Both the position numbers and the translations under genes were made by a program. Below, one piece after another: positions 1 to 14,800 of a stretch of 64,000 nucleotides of DNA (position 1 is the stretch's first letter; every line of letters starts with the position of its first letter). Origin of the DNA: Candidatus Binatia bacterium (GTDB lineage Bacteria; Desulfobacterota; Binatia; UBA9968; JAJDTQ01); contig OY762897.2 in the NCBI GenBank assembly GCA_963666515.2, forward strand, positions 1,952,001 through 2,016,000, written 5' to 3'. The notes under the pieces are model-generated. The model was given only the letters and a program-made list of their open reading frames with translations, did no database searches and was not told where the DNA came from.

Positions 1-2874
1 GACCCGGACAAGCAGACCCTCGCGTACGCCTGGACCCAGACCTCGGGCACGGACGTGACGCTCTCGAGCGCCGCCGCGGCGAAGCCGACCTTCACCGCGC
101 CTTCCAGCCTGTCCAACAACGCCGCGCTGATCTTCCGGCTCACGGTCACCGATGCCGGCGGCCTCACCGCGACGGACACGGTGACGGTCACGGTGGTCGC
201 CGCGGCGAACAACCAGGCGCCGACTGCGGACGCGGGCGCCGACCGGACGGTGGCCGCGAGCCTGCCGGTGACCCTCGACGGGAGCGGCAGCTACGATCCG
301 GAGGGCGAGACCCTGACCTACGCCTGGTCCCAGACCGCCGGTCCAACGGTGACCCTGAGCAGCGCCTCGGCGGACAGCCCCACCTTCACCGCGCCCTCCT
401 CGGCCGCCACTCTGACCTTCAGCCTGACCGTCACCGCGGGCGGCAAGACCTCGTCCGCGGACACGGTGACGATCACGGTGACGGCGACCGCGAACGCCCC
501 GCCGGTGGCCAACGCCGGCGCCGACCGGCGGGCGTCCGAGGGCGCGACGGTGACCCTCGACGGCAGCGCCAGCTCCGACCCGGAAGACCAGACCCTCACC
601 TACGCCTGGTCCCACACCTCCGGCCTGCCCTCGGTGAACCTGACCGGCGCGAACACCGCGAAGCCCACCTTCACCGCGCCCTCCAGCCTGTCGAGCGACG
701 CGGCCCTGACCTTCACCCTGACCGTGACCGACCCGGGCGGGCTGACCGGCGCCGACACGGTGACGATCACCGTGCCCACCGCAACCAACAACACCGCGCC
801 CACCGCCAACGCCGGCGCCGACCAGACCGCGGCCACCAGCGCCACGGTCACCCTCGACGGCAGCGCCAGTTCCGACCCGGAGGGCGACGCCCTGACCTTC
901 GCCTGGACCCAGACCGCTGGCACGAACGTGACGCTCTCCAGCGCCACCGCGTCACAGCCCACCTTCACCGCGCCGGCCTCGGCCTCCACCCTGACCTTCA
1001 GCCTGACGGTCACCGCCGGCGGCAAGTCCTCGACCGCGGACACGGTGACGATCACCGTCCAGGCGAACACCGCGCCCACCGCCAACGCCGGCGCCGACCA
1101 GACCGTGGTGGAGGGTGCCACGGTGACCCTCGACGGCAGCACCAGCACCGATCCGGAGAGCCAAGCGCTGACGTATGCCTGGACCCGGACCGCCGGGCCG
1201 GCGGTGACCCTCTCCAGCGCGACCGCGGTGAGCCCCACCTTCACCGCGCCGGCCGTGGCCGCGGACACGACGCTCACCTTCAGCCTGACCGTCACCGACT
1301 CGGGCGGCCTCGCGTCCTCCGCGGACACGGTGACGGTGACGGTGAAGAACAACAGCGCGCCGACCGCCAACGCCGGCGCCGACCGGCGCGCGGCCCAGGG
1401 GACCTCGGTGACCCTCGACGGCAGCGCCAGCAGCGATGCGGATAACGAGACCCTGACCTTCGCCTGGTCCCAGACCGCGGGCGCCACGGTGACGCTCAGC
1501 GACGCGGCCGCCGCGAAGCCGACCTTCACCGCGCCGTCGAGCCTGTCGAGCGATGCAGTCCTCACCTTCCGCCTGACCGTCACCGACCCGAACGGCGCCA
1601 CGGGCACGGACACGGTGACGATCACCGTGCCGACGGCGGCGAACAACCAGGCGCCCACCGCGGACGCGGGCCGCAACCGGGCGGTGCAGGAAGACGCCAG
1701 GGTGCAGTTGGACGGGAGCGGCAGCAGCGACCCGGAAGGCGAGGCCCTGACCTTCTCGTGGACACAGACGAGCGGACCCTCCGTGACCCTCAACGACGCG
1801 GACACCGCGAAGCTGCGGTTCCGGGCGCCGGCCCAGCTCGTGAGCAACGCGGCGCTCGTGTTCCGGCTGACGGTGACCGCGGGCGGCAAGTCGGCGACCG
1901 ACACGGTGCGGGTGCGGGTGACGGCCGGGACGAACGACGCACCCACCGCGGACGCGGGGCCGGACCAGCGGGTGGGCGAGACCGCGACCGTGACCCTGGA
2001 CGGGTCCGGCAGCAGCGACCCCGAGGGCGAGACCCTGACCTACGCCTGGACCCAGATCGGCACGCCGGCGGTCACGCTGTCGAGCGCCACCGCGGCCTCG
2101 CCGACCTTCACCGCCCCGACCGTGAACACCGACACGGACCTCACCTTCAGCCTGACCGTGACCGACGCGCGGGGGCTCGCGTCCCCGGCCGACACCGTGA
2201 CAGTGACCGTGCGGGACGGCGCGCCGACCGCCAACGCCGGCCCGGACCAGAAGGTGATCGAAGGCTCGACGGCGACGCTCAACGGCGCCGGCAGCAGCGA
2301 CCCGGACGGCCAGACCCTGACCTACGCCTGGACCCAGATCGGCACGCCGGCGGTGACGCTGTCGAGCGCCACCGCGGCCTCGCCGACCTTCACCGCCCCG
2401 ACCGTGAACGCCGACACGAAGCTCACCTTCAGCCTGACCGTGACCGACGCGGGCGGCCTCGTCTCCACCGCGGACACGGTCTCGGTGACGGTGGACGACA
2501 ACGACCCGCCGGTCGCCGACGCGGGCAGCGACCAGACGGTCATCGCGGGCGCCTCGGTGACCCTGGACGGCAGCGCCAGCCGCGACCCCGAGAAGCAGAC
2601 GCTGACCTTCGCTTGGGCGCAGCTCCCGACCCCGCCGGCGGCGAACATCGTGAACGCGGTTGCCCTGACCGGCCCGAGCACCTCCGGCCCGACCTTCACC
2701 GCCCCGCAGTTGACCCGGGACGCGACACTGACCTTCGGGCTCCTGGTGACGGACCCGCAGGGCCTCGTCTCGACCACCGACACGGTGCAGGTGCTGGTCC
2801 AGGGCACGCCCGCTGCGCCCACCGGCCTGACCGCGGCGTACGCCTACCCGGGGGTCACCCTGTCGTGGACGGAC
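1..2874 (+). CDS. Adhesin segment 1 (5'-partial): ~10 PKD/REJ-like Ig repeats and the start of the first FN3 domain
   Basis: Frame 1 is open from base 1 (DPDKQTLAYAW). Repeated motif APTANAGADQTV..VTLDGS.SSDPEG..LTYAW..PTFTAP..LTFSLTVTD. The ORF-track tail to 3036 is out-of-frame read-through. Confidence 0.88.
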
Positions 2875-5800
2875 CGAACGACTCCGCGATCACGAAGTGG
2901 CAGTACCGGTGGCGGCGGAGCAACGACCAGACCTGGGACCCCTGGGAGGACCTCCCGAACAGCGGCGCGTCCACCACGTCGGCCAAGGTCGCCGGGGGCG
3001 CCGGCGCGACCCTCGTGTTCCAGGTCCGGGCGGTGAACGCCAACGGCAACGGCCTGCCCTCGAACACCGCATCCGAGCTGATGCCGCCGCTGCCGCCGAC
3101 CGGGCTCAAGTCCGACGGCGGCAACGGCCAGGTGACCCTCTCCTGGACGGACCCGCAGGACTCCTCGATCACCTCATGGGAATACCGGCGGAAGACCGGC
3201 GAGGGCTACCAGTCCTGGAACACGGTGCAGAACAGCGGCGCGACCACCACCAGCGCCACCGTCACCGGCCTCGACGACGGCTTCGCCTACACCTTCCAGG
3301 TGCGGGCGGTCAACGCCACCGCGGCCGGCGGCGACTCCGGCGACGTCGCGGCCATGACCATCCCCGCCAAGCGCAAGGTGACCGCCACTCCCGGGGAGGG
3401 CCAGGTCACCCTCGGTTGGGGCGGCCCGAGCCTCTCCCACGTCACGAAGTTCCAGTACAGGAAGAAGAGTGCGGGCGCCACGGGCTACGGCGCCTGGACC
3501 GACGTGCCGGGCAGCAGCGCCTCCACCACCGGCTACACGGTCACCGGACTCGCACCCGGGACCGAGTACGCGTTCCAGGTGCGCGCGGTGAACGCCGGCG
3601 GCAACGGCGTCGCCTCGGACGAGGTCAAGGCGACGCCGACCGGGGACGCGGCGACCCAGGCGCCGGCCGCGCCGACCATCTTCATCGGGACCGGCGACGC
3701 GAAGGTGCGCCTCTCCTGGAACGACCCGAACGACAGCTCGATCAGCCGCTACGACTACCGGCAGAAGACGGCCGGGTCCTGGGGCAGCGCCGTGTCCATC
3801 CCCGACAGCGGCTCGTCCACCACGAGCCACATCGTGACCGGCCTCACCAACGGATCGGCCTACGCGTTCCAGGTGCGCGCCGTGAACAGCGTCGGCTCCA
3901 GCGCCTGGTCGAACGAGGTCTCGACGACCCTGTTCACCAAGCCGACCGGGCTGACCGCGACCCCCCGCGACGGCGGCGCCGACCTGTCGTGGACGGACCC
4001 GAACGACTCCACCATCGGCCGCTGGCACTTCCGCTACCGGACCGACGGCGGACGCTACGGCGGGTGGCGCCTCATCAGCGGCAGCAGCGCCTCGACCACC
4101 TCGCACCGGGTGACCCCGCTCGACAACGGCCACACCTACGGCTTCCAGGTCCGTCCGATGAAGACCGGCGCCGAAGGCCCGGCATCGGACGAAGCGTCGG
4201 CGACCCTGATTCCCGCCAAGCCGGCCCTCGCGGCAAAGGCCGGCGACACGCAGGTGGTCCTGACCTGGACCGACCCGCAGAACAGCTCGATCACCCGCTG
4301 GAAGCTCCGCCGCAAGGACGGAAACAACGCCTGGGGATCCTGGACCCCGATCGAGGGCAGCGGCGCCTCGACCACCAGCCACACCGTCACCCAGCTCACC
4401 AACGGCACCGCCTACCAGTTCCGGGTGCGGGCGGTGAACGCCACCGGCGACGGCGAGATCTCGGACGCCGTGACGGCGACGCCCGAGGCGTTCCCGCCGG
4501 CCCCCACCGGTCTCACCGCGACCGGCGGCAACCGGACGGTGACCCTGGCCTGGACCTCCGGCGGCGGGGTCGGGATCACCGGCTGGCGGTTCCGTATGCG
4601 GGCGGGATCGCTCGGCTGGGACCACGACCCCCGCTGGTTCGACATCCCCGGCGGAGCCTCGGCCCGGACCCACACCGTGACCGGGCTGGAGAACTACACC
4701 GAGTACGGGTTCCAGGTGGCCGCGATCAACCACATCGGACCCGGCTACGCCTCGAACGAGGCCCGGGCCACCCCCCTGCCCGTGGTCCCCGCGGCGCCGA
4801 CCGGCCTCGCGGGCACCGCGGGCGACCGGCAGATCACGCTGAGCTGGACCCCGGGCGACGACGGCGGGTCGCCGGTCACGAGCTGGCAGTACCGGCAGAA
4901 GGAAGGGATCAACGCCTGGGGCGGCTGGACCGACGTGCCGGCGAACGACGTCATCACCGGCCTGACGAACAACACGACCTACCGCTTCAAGGTGCGGGGG
5001 GTGAACGCGGTGGGCGCTGGCGCGGAGAGCGCGGAATCCGATCCGATCTCGCCGTCGGCCGCGGCGCCGGCCGCGCCGGCCGGGCTCTCGGCAAAGACGG
5101 CGACCGCCAGCAGCGTGGTCCTCTCCTGGACGAGCCCGGGCGACTTCTCGATCACCGACTGGCAGTACGAGCAGGCCGCTCCGCCGGCGGTCCCGTTCGA
5201 CGGCGCCTGGTACTCCATCTCCGGCGCCGGCGCGGGCACCACCACGGGCACGGTCACCGGAGTGCCCGGCGGACGCGTCTGGAGCTTCAAGCTCCGCGCC
5301 GTGAACGGCATCGGCGACGGCGCGGCCTCCGCCGCGGTGCAGCCCCGGCCGGCAGCGCCGGCCCCGACAGTAGCCAAGGGCGTCGGCCAACTGACCGTCT
5401 CCTGGACCGCCCCCGCCAACCTCGGCCCGGCGATCTCGGGGTACACCGTGCAGTGGAAGTCCGGCGGCGAGAGCTTCGGCAGCACGCACCAAGCGACGAC
5501 GACGGCGACCAGCCACTCGATCACCCCACTGACGAACGGCACGGAGTACAGCATCCGCGTGCGGGCGTCCAACTCGGCCGGCGACGGCGACTGGTCGAGC
5601 GTCGTCACCGGCACGCCCAACGCCAACCCGCCGCTCAAGCCGTCGCGGCCGCGGGCGACCGCCGGCAACGCCCAGGTGTCGCTCGCCTGGACCGCCGGGG
5701 GCAACGGCGGCGCCGCGATCACCGGCTGGAAGTACCGGCAGAAGGCGGGCGCCGGCGACTGGGGCGACTGGACCTCGATCCTGGGCAGCAACGCCTCGAC

Positions 5801-8800
5801 CACCAGCCACACGGTGACGACGCTCACCAACGGGACCGAGTACACCTTCCAGGTGCGGGCCGTGAACTCAGCCGGCGACGGCGCGGCCAGCGACGACTCG
5901 AACCCGGTGACGCCGTCCACTACCGGCCCCACCGCACCGGCCGCGCCGACCTACCTCAAGGCGACCCCCGGCAACGCGCGGGCCGTCCTGAGCTGGACCG
6001 CGGGCGACGACGGCGACGCCGCGATCACGAGCTGGAAGGTCCGGCAGAAGGAAGGCACGAACGCCTGGGGCGCCTGGACCCCGATCGCCAACAGCGACGC
6101 ATCGACCACCAGCCACACGGCGACGACGCTCACCAACGGGACCGAGTACACCTTCCAGGTGCGGGCGGTGAACTCGGCCGGCGACGGCGCGGCCAGCGCC
6201 GAAACCACGGCGACGCCCGCGGGGCCGCCGGGAGCGCCGACCTACCTCAAGGTCGACGCCGAGCTCCACCAGCGCCTGCTCGCCGGTTGGGTGGCGCCGG
6301 CCGACAACGGCGGGGCCGCGATCACGCACTACCTGGTGCAGTGGAAGTCGGGGACGCAGGAGTTCTCCACCGCCCGGCAGGTCCGTGCCGGCGCCACGCC
6401 GCACCCGGAAGAGGGAATCAACAAAGGCAGCATCTTCGACCTGACGAACGGCACGACCTACACCCTACGGGTCCAGGCGGTGAACTCGGTCGGCGCCGGC
6501 CCGTGGTCGAGCACGGTCACCGGCACGCCGAAGGTGACCGTGCCGGACGCGCCGGCGGACTTCGCGGCGACGAAGGGCTACCAGCGGCTGAACGTCTCCT
6601 GGACCGCGCCGGCGAGCAACGGCTCGGACATCACCGGCTACACGGTCCAGTGGAAGACCTCTGTCCAGAACTTCGACTCGACGAGACAGAAGACGGCCAC
6701 CGGCACGACCGCCTCGATTACCGGGCTGACGAACGGCACCCAGTACACCCTGCGGGTGCGGGCGACGAATGGCGTCGGCGACGGCCCCTGGTCCGGGCTG
6801 GCCCAAGGTACGCCGAGCGCCGTGCCGGAAGCGCCCGCCGGGCTGGTCATCCGCACCTGGGACCGCTTCCTGACCTTCGGCTGGACCGCGCCCGAAGACA
6901 ACGGCTCGGACATCACCGGCTACACCGTGCAGTGGAAGTCCGGCGACGAGGAGTTCGGCGCCGAGAACCGTCAGCACACGACGACGAAAACCCAGCACTC
7001 CTGGGGCGCGCTGGTCAACGGCACCGGCTACACCTACCGGGTGCGGGCGGCGAACGCCAACGGCGACGGCCCCTGGTCCGCGGAGATGACCGGCACGCCG
7101 GGACACGCGCCCGCCAAGCCGACGCCCTTCACCGCGACCGGCGGCGACGGCCAGGCGACCCTCGCCTGGACCTCCGGCGGCGACGGCGGCTCCCCGATCA
7201 CGAAGTGGCAGATCCGCCGCCAGACCGCGACGAACGTCTGGGGCGACTGGGCCGACGTCGACGGCAGCGGCGCCTCGACCACGAGCCATACCGTGACCGG
7301 CCTCGACAACGGCCGCACGTACACGTTCCAGGTGCGCGCGGTGAACACGACCGGCGGCGGCGCCGCGTCGGACTCCTCGGTGGCGACCATGATTCCGGCG
7401 AAGCCGGCGGGCTTCGCGGCGACGCCGAACGACGGCAGCGTCGCCCTGTCGTGGACGAACCCGAACAACGCCTCGATCACCCGCTGGGAGTACCGCTACA
7501 AGACGGGCGCCGGGGACTTCGGCTCGTGGACCGAGGTGGCGAACAGCGGCGCCACCACCACCTCCGCCTCGGTGACCCTGGCGAACGGCAAGACCTACGG
7601 CTTCGAGCTGCGGGCGGTGAACGCCACCGGCGACGGCACGGCGTCGGACGAGGCGACGGCGACGATGATTCCGGCGGCGCCGGCCAACTTCGCGGCGGCG
7701 TCCGGGAACGCGAAGGCCCGGCTCTCCTGGACCGACCCGGGCAACGCCACGATCACGCGATGGGAGTACCGGCACAAGCGGGAGGGGCTCGAGTACGGCG
7801 CCTGGACGACCATCCCGAGCAGCACCGCCACCACCACCAGCCATACGGTCGGTCTCAGCAACGGCCAGACCTACACCGTTCAGGTCCGCGCCGTCAACGC
7901 CACCGGCGACGGCAACGCATCCGCCGAGATCACCGTCACGCCACGGAACGTGTCGGTTCGGCTGAGCGTGAGTCCGGCCGACCACGGCGAGGACGAAGGC
8001 GCCGCCACGATAACCGTCACCGCAACGCTGGTCGGCTCGGGCAGCGACACCTTCCCCGGCGCGACGACGGTCACCGTGAAGGTGGGCGCGAGCGGGGACG
8101 GCGCGACCTCGGGCACGGACTACACGGCGATCGACGACTTCGACGTCACGATCCCGGTGAGCTCGCGGAGCGGGACCGGGACGTTCACGCTCACCCCCAC
8201 CGACGACGTGGACGGCGAGGAGCTCGAGACGATCACGATCGCGGGAAGCGCCGCCGGGCTGTCCGTGACCGGCGCAAGCCTGACCCTGAGCGACGACGAC
8301 ACGTACGCCTTCGTGTTCTCGAAGTCCACCGTGAACCTCGAGGAGACGGCGAGCCCGACCGGGACCTACACCGTGAGGCTGAGCAAGCTGCCGAGCGACG
8401 ACGTGAGCGTCACGCTCGGGAGCGCCGACGCCGGGGCCGCGACGGTGAGCCCGACGACGCTGACCTTCACCACGTCCAACTACCGCACGGCGCAGACGGT
8501 GACGCTGACCGCCGTGGCCGACGGCGACGGCAACGACGAATCCGTGTCCATCACCCACACCGCCAGCGGCGGCGGCTACGGCGCGGTGACGGGCACGGTC
8601 ACCGCCGTGATCGAGGACGACGACTCCGCCCCGACCGCGAACGCCGGCGCCGACCGTCAGGGGGCGATGGGGGCGACCGTGACCCTGGACGGCAGCGCCA
8701 GCTCCGACCCGGAGGGCGCGACGCTGACCTGGGCCTGGTCCCACACCGGCGGGAGCCCGTCGGTGACCTTGACCGGCGCGACCACCGCGACCCCGAGCTT

Positions 8801-11800
8801 CCCCGCCCCCACCGGGCTGACCCAGAACACCGCGCTGACCTTCACCCTGACGGTAACCGACCCGGGCGGCCGGAGCGCGACCGACACGGTGACGGTCACC
8901 GTGGTGACGGCGGCGAACAACCAGGCCCCGACCGCGAGCGCCGGCGCCGACCGCTCCGTACGCGAGGGCGCTTTCGTCACCCTGGACGGCAGCGGCACGA
9001 GCGACCCGGAACGAGAAACCCTGACCTGGGCCTGGACCCAGAAGCTCACCGCGCTGCCGCCGCCCCCCAACCCCTCGCCTCCCGGCCAACCGCCACCCCC
9101 GCCGCTGCCGCCGATCACCAAGATCGACCCCGTCGTGACCCTGACCGGCGCGGACACCGCGAGGCCGACCTTCACCGCGCCGGAGGTCACCGAGGACACC
9201 CCCATCACCTTCGTCCTGACGGTGACCGACGGCGCCGACAACACCTCGACGGACGAGGTGACGATCACGGTGAAGAACAACCAACCGCCCGCGGCCAACG
9301 CCGGCCCGGACCAGACCGTGTCGGAAGGGGCGGCGGTGACCCTCGACGGCAGCGGCAGCAACGACCTCGACCGCGGCGACACGGTGACGTACGCCTGGAC
9401 CCAGACCGGCGGTTCCCCGACCGTGAAGCTGGCCGGGGCGGACACGCCGAAGGCCACCTTCACCGCGCCCTCGCAGCTCGCGGCGACCGCGACGCTGACC
9501 TTCACGCTCACCCTGAGCGACGGGCTGAAATCGGACACGGACACGGTGACCGTCACCGTCACCGCCGGGGCGAACGACGCGCCGGCGGCGGACGCGGGAG
9601 CCGACCAGCGGGTCGCCGAAGGCGCGACCGTAACCCTCGACGGCAGCGCCAGCTCCGACCCGGAAGGCCGGACCCTGACCTGGGCGTGGACCCAGGCCGG
9701 TTCCCCGCCGGTCACGCTCTCCAGCACGACGGCGGCGAAGCCCACCTTCACCGCGCCGTCGAGCCTGGCGAGCGACGCCGTGCTGACCTTCACGCTGACG
9801 GTAACCGACCCGGGCGGGCTGACCGCGACGGACACGGTGACCGTCACCGTGCCGACGGCCGCGAACAACACGGCGCCGACCGCCAACGCCGGCCCCGACC
9901 GGACCGCGGCGACCGGTGCGACGGTGACCCTCGACGGCAGCGCCAGCAGCGACCCGGAAGGCGAGGCGCTGACCTGGGCCTGGACCCGGACCGCGGGACC
10001 GAACGTGACGCTCTCCAGCACGACCGCGGCCAAGCCCACCTTCACCGCGCCGTCGTCAGCCGCCACGCTGACCTTCAGCCTGACCGTGACCGCGGGCGGC
10101 AAGACTTCGACCGCGGACACGGTGACGATCACCGTGCAGGCCAGCACCGCGCCGACCGCGAACGCCGGCGCCGACCAGACCGTCACCGCGGGAACGACCG
10201 TGACCCTCGACGGCAGCGCCAGCAGCGACCCGGAGAACCAGGCGCTGACCTACGCCTGGACGCAGACCGCCGGGACCACGGTGACGCTTTCGAGCGCGAC
10301 GGCGATCAGGCCGACGTTCACCGCGCCGTCGGGCGTGACGAGCAACGAGACGCTGACCTTCAGCCTGACGGTGACCGACCCGGGCGGGCTCGCGTCCGCG
10401 GCGGACGCGCTGACGGTGACGGTGAAGCCCGTCGACCGACCGCCGACCGCGGAAGCGGGCGCCGACCGGACCGCGCACGAAGGCGCCAGGGTGAGCCTCG
10501 ACGGGAGCGCGAGCAGCGACCCGGACGGGGACCTCCTCGCCTTCGCCTGGACTCAGACGACCGGCCCGAAGGTGACGCTGACCGGGGCGGACACCGCGAC
10601 GCCGCGCTTCCAGGCGCCGTCGCAACTAGCCGCGGACACGGGGCTGACATTCCGGTTGACGGTAACGGCGGGCGGCAAGACGGCGACGGACACCGTGATA
10701 GTCGTGGTCAGGGCGGGCGCGAACGACGCGCCGACCGCCAACGCGGGCGCGGACCAGACGGTGGGCGAGGCCGCGGCGGTGACCCTCGACAGCAGCGGCA
10801 GCAGCGACCCGGAGAGCGAGACGCTGACCTACGCCTGGACCCAGACCGCGGGGACGAACGTGACGCTCAGCAGCGCGACCGCGGCCTCGCCCACCTTCAC
10901 CGCGCCGTCGGTGACCGCGGACGAGACGCTCACCTTCAGCCTGACCGTGACCGACGCGCGCGGGCTCGCCTCTGCCGCGGACACGGTGACCGTCACCGTG
11001 CGGAACGGCGCGCCCGCGGCGCATGCGGGGCCGGACCAGACGGTCACGGAGGGCGCGACGGTCACCCTCGACGGCTCGGCGAGCAGCGACCCGGACAACG
11101 AGACGCTGACCTACGCCTGGACCCAGACCGCGGGGACGAACGTGACGCTCAGCAGCGCGACCGCGGCCTCGACGACCTTCACCGCGCCGTCGAACCTCTC
11201 GGCCGATGCGACTCTGACCTTCAAGCTGGTCGTGACCGATTCCGGCGGCAACGCGTCGGCCCCCGACACGGTGACCGTCACGGTCCAGACCAACACCGCG
11301 CCCACCGCCGACGCGGGAGCGGACCAGCTCGTCGCGGAGGGCGCGACGGTTACCCTGGACGGCAGCGGCAGCAGCGATGCCGAGAGCCGGACGCTGACCT
11401 ACGCCTGGGCGCAGACCGGCGGCTCGCCGTCCGTCGTGCTGGGCGGCGCCGCCACCGCCAGCCCGCGCTTCACCGCGCCCACCGGCCTCACCCAGGACGC
11501 GGCCCTCGTCTTCACGCTGACGGTGACCGACGGGCGCGGCCTGACGGACACGGACACGGTGACGGTCACCGTGACCGCGGCGTCGAACAACCAAGCCCCG
11601 ACCGCCAACGCCGGCGCCGACCAGACGATCTCGGAGAGCCTCACCGTGACCCTCGACGGCAGCGCCAGCAGCGACCGGGAGGGCGAGGCGCTGACGTACG
11701 CCTGGACCCAGACCGGCACGCCGGCGGTGACGCTCAGCAGCGCGACCGCGGTGAAGCCCACCTTCACCGCTCCCGCGGTGGCGGCGGACACGACCCTGAC

Positions 11801-14800
11801 CTTCAGCCTCACCGTCACCGCGGGCGACAAGACCTCGACCGCGGACACGGTGCAGGTGACGGTGAAGGACAACGCGGCGCCGGTGGCCAACGCGGGGCCG
11901 GACCAGACCGTCGTCGAGGACCAGACCGTGGCCCTGGACGGCAGCGGCAGCAGCGACCCGGACGGCCAGACCCTGACCTACGCCTGGACGCAGCCGGGCG
12001 GGCCGCCGGTGACCCTCTCCGGCACGGCCGTCGCGAAGCCGACCTTCACCGCGCCGGCGGTGAACGCGAACACGGCCCTGACCTTCAGCCTGACCGTGAC
12101 CGATCCCGGCGGCCTGACGAGCACCGACACGGTGACCGTCACCGTCGGCAACAACGCCGCGCCGACCGCCAACGCCGGCGCCGACCAGACGGTCGCCGAG
12201 GACCAGACGGTGACCCTCGACGCTAGCGCCAGCACCGACCCGGAGAGCCAGACCCTCACGTACGCCTGGACCCAGACCGCGGGCGCGACCGTCACGCTCT
12301 CCAGCGCCACCGCGGTCCGACCTACCTTCACCGCGCCGAAGAACCTTTCGAACGACGCCACGCTGACCTTCAGCCTGACCGTAACCGACCCCGGCGGCCT
12401 GACCGATGCCGACACGGTGACCGCGGCGGCCAACAACACCGCGCCGACCGCCAACGCCGGCGCCGACCAGACAGTGGTCGGGGGCACCCGAGTGACACTC
12501 GACGGCAGCGCCAGCAGCGACCCCCAGAACCACGCGCTCACGTACGCCTGGGCACAGACCGGCGGCTCGCCCACGGTGGCGTTCGACGCCGGCTCGTCGA
12601 CCCCGACGTTCGTCGCGCCGGTGGTGGCCGCGGACACCACCCTCACCTTCAGCCTGACGGTAACCGACTCGGGCGGGCTCGCCTCCGCGCCGGACACGGT
12701 GACGGTCACGGTGACGGCGAACACCGCGCCGACCGCCAACGCCGGCGCCGACCGACGAGCGGCGGAGGGCGCGACGGTGACGCTCGACGGCAGCGCCAGC
12801 TACGACCCGGAGAACCAAACGCTGACGTACGCCTGGTCCCAGACCGGCGGCACGCCGGACGTGAACCTGACCGCGGCGAACACGGCGAAGCCCACCTTCA
12901 CCGCGCCCTCCAGCCTGGCGAGCGATGCCACCCTGACCTTCACCCTGACCGTGACCGACCCGGGCGGGCTCGAGTCGACCGACACGGTGACGATCACCGT
13001 GCCGACCGCGGTGAACAACACCGCGCCGACCGCCAACGCCGGGCCCGACCGGACCGTCGCCACCGGCATGACGGTAACCCTCGACGGCAGCGCCAGCAGC
13101 GACCCCGAAGGCGAAGCGCTGACCTACGCCTGGACCCAGACCGCGGGCACGAACGTGACGCTCTCCAGCGCCACCGCGGCGCGGCCCACCTTCACCGCGC
13201 CGGACTCCGCCTCCACCTTGACCTTCAGCCTGACGGTGACCGCCGGCGGCATGACCTCGAGCGCGGACACCGTGACGATCACGGTGCAGGCGAACACCGC
13301 GCCGACCGCCAACGCGGGGCCCGACCGGACCGCCGCCACCGGTGCGAAGGTACGTCTCGACGGCAGCGCCAGTTCCGACCCCGAGGGCGAGACGCTGAGC
13401 TTCGCCTGGACCCAGACCGGTGGGACCAACGTGACCCTCAGCAACGCGACCGCGGTGCGGCCCACCTTCACCGCGCCGGACTCCGCCTCCACCTTGACCT
13501 TCAGCCTGACGGTGACCGCCGGCGGCATGACCTCGGCCGCGGACACGGTGACGATCACGGTACAGGCGAGCACCGCGCCGACCGCCAACGCGGGCGCCGA
13601 CCAGACCGTCGAGGAGGGCGCGCTGGCGGTGCTCGACGGCAGCGCCAGCAGCGACCCGGAGAACCAGACGCTGACGTACGCCTGGACCCAGACCGCCGGC
13701 TCCCCGAACGTGACGCTCTCAAGCGCCACCACGACGCGGCCCGCCTTCACCGCGCCGAACGTGACCGCGGACACGGACCTCGTCTTCAGCCTGACGGTGA
13801 CCGACCCGGACGGGCTGTCGTCCGCGGCGGACACGGTGACGATCACGGTGCGGAACAACGTCGCGCCGACCGCCAACGCCGGACCTGACCAGCGCGTCGC
13901 CGAGGGCGCCGCGGTGACGCTCGACGGCAGCGCCAGCAGCGACCCGGAAGGCGGAACGCTCACCCACGCCTGGACCCATACCGGCGGCTCGCCGAACGTG
14001 ACGCTCACCGGCCCCGCGACGGCGAAGCCGACCTTCACCGCGCCGTCCGGGCTCTCGGCCAACGCCGTCCTGACCTTCAGCCTGACGGTGACCGACCCGC
14101 AGGGCAACGCCGGAACGGACACGGTAACGGTCACCGTCCCGACCTCGGCCAACAACACCGCGCCGACGGCGAACGCCGGATCCGACCAGACCGTGGCGGA
14201 GGGGGCGACGGTCACCCTCGACGGCAGCGGAAGCTCCGACCCCGAGGGCGACGCGTTGACCTGGGCCTGGACCCGGACCGCGGGGCCGACGGTGACTCTG
14301 ACCGGGGCGACCACGGCGAGTCCGACCTTCACCGCGCCCTCGCAGCTCGCGGCGAACGCGACCCTGACCTTCAGCCTGACCGTGACGGCCGGAGGCAAAA
14401 GCTCGACCGCGGACACGGTGACGGTCACCGTGACCGCGGGAACCAACGATGCGCCGGCGGCGAACGCGGGCACGGACCAGCGGGTCGCCGAGAGCGCGAC
14501 GGTGACGCTCGACGGCGGCGCCAGCAGCGACCCCGAGGGCGAGACCCTGACCTTCGCCTGGACCCAGACCGCCGGGCAGACGGTGACGCTCAGCAGCGCG
14601 TCCGCGGCCAAGCCGACCTTCACCGCGCCGTCCGGCCTCACGAATAACGAGACCCTGACCTTCAGCTTGACCGTGGCCGACGCGCGGAACCTCTCCTCGA
14701 CCGCAGACACGGTCGACGTCGTCGTGGTGAGCGCAACGAACAACCAGCCGCCCATTGCGGACGCGGGCAAGCACCGCCAGGTGAAGGAAGGCGCGAAGGT

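Noticed and set aside
1758-2873. First ~370 codons of ORF 1758..16562 as a real N-terminus
   Set aside because: Out-of-frame with the PKD repeats encoded in frame 1; real coding in this frame starts at the frameshift.
2897-12226. 3109-aa alternative-frame ORF and the many antisense ORFs across the adhesin
   Set aside because: Arg/Pro/Gly-rich shadow frames caused by high GC3 and repeat structure; no domain motifs.
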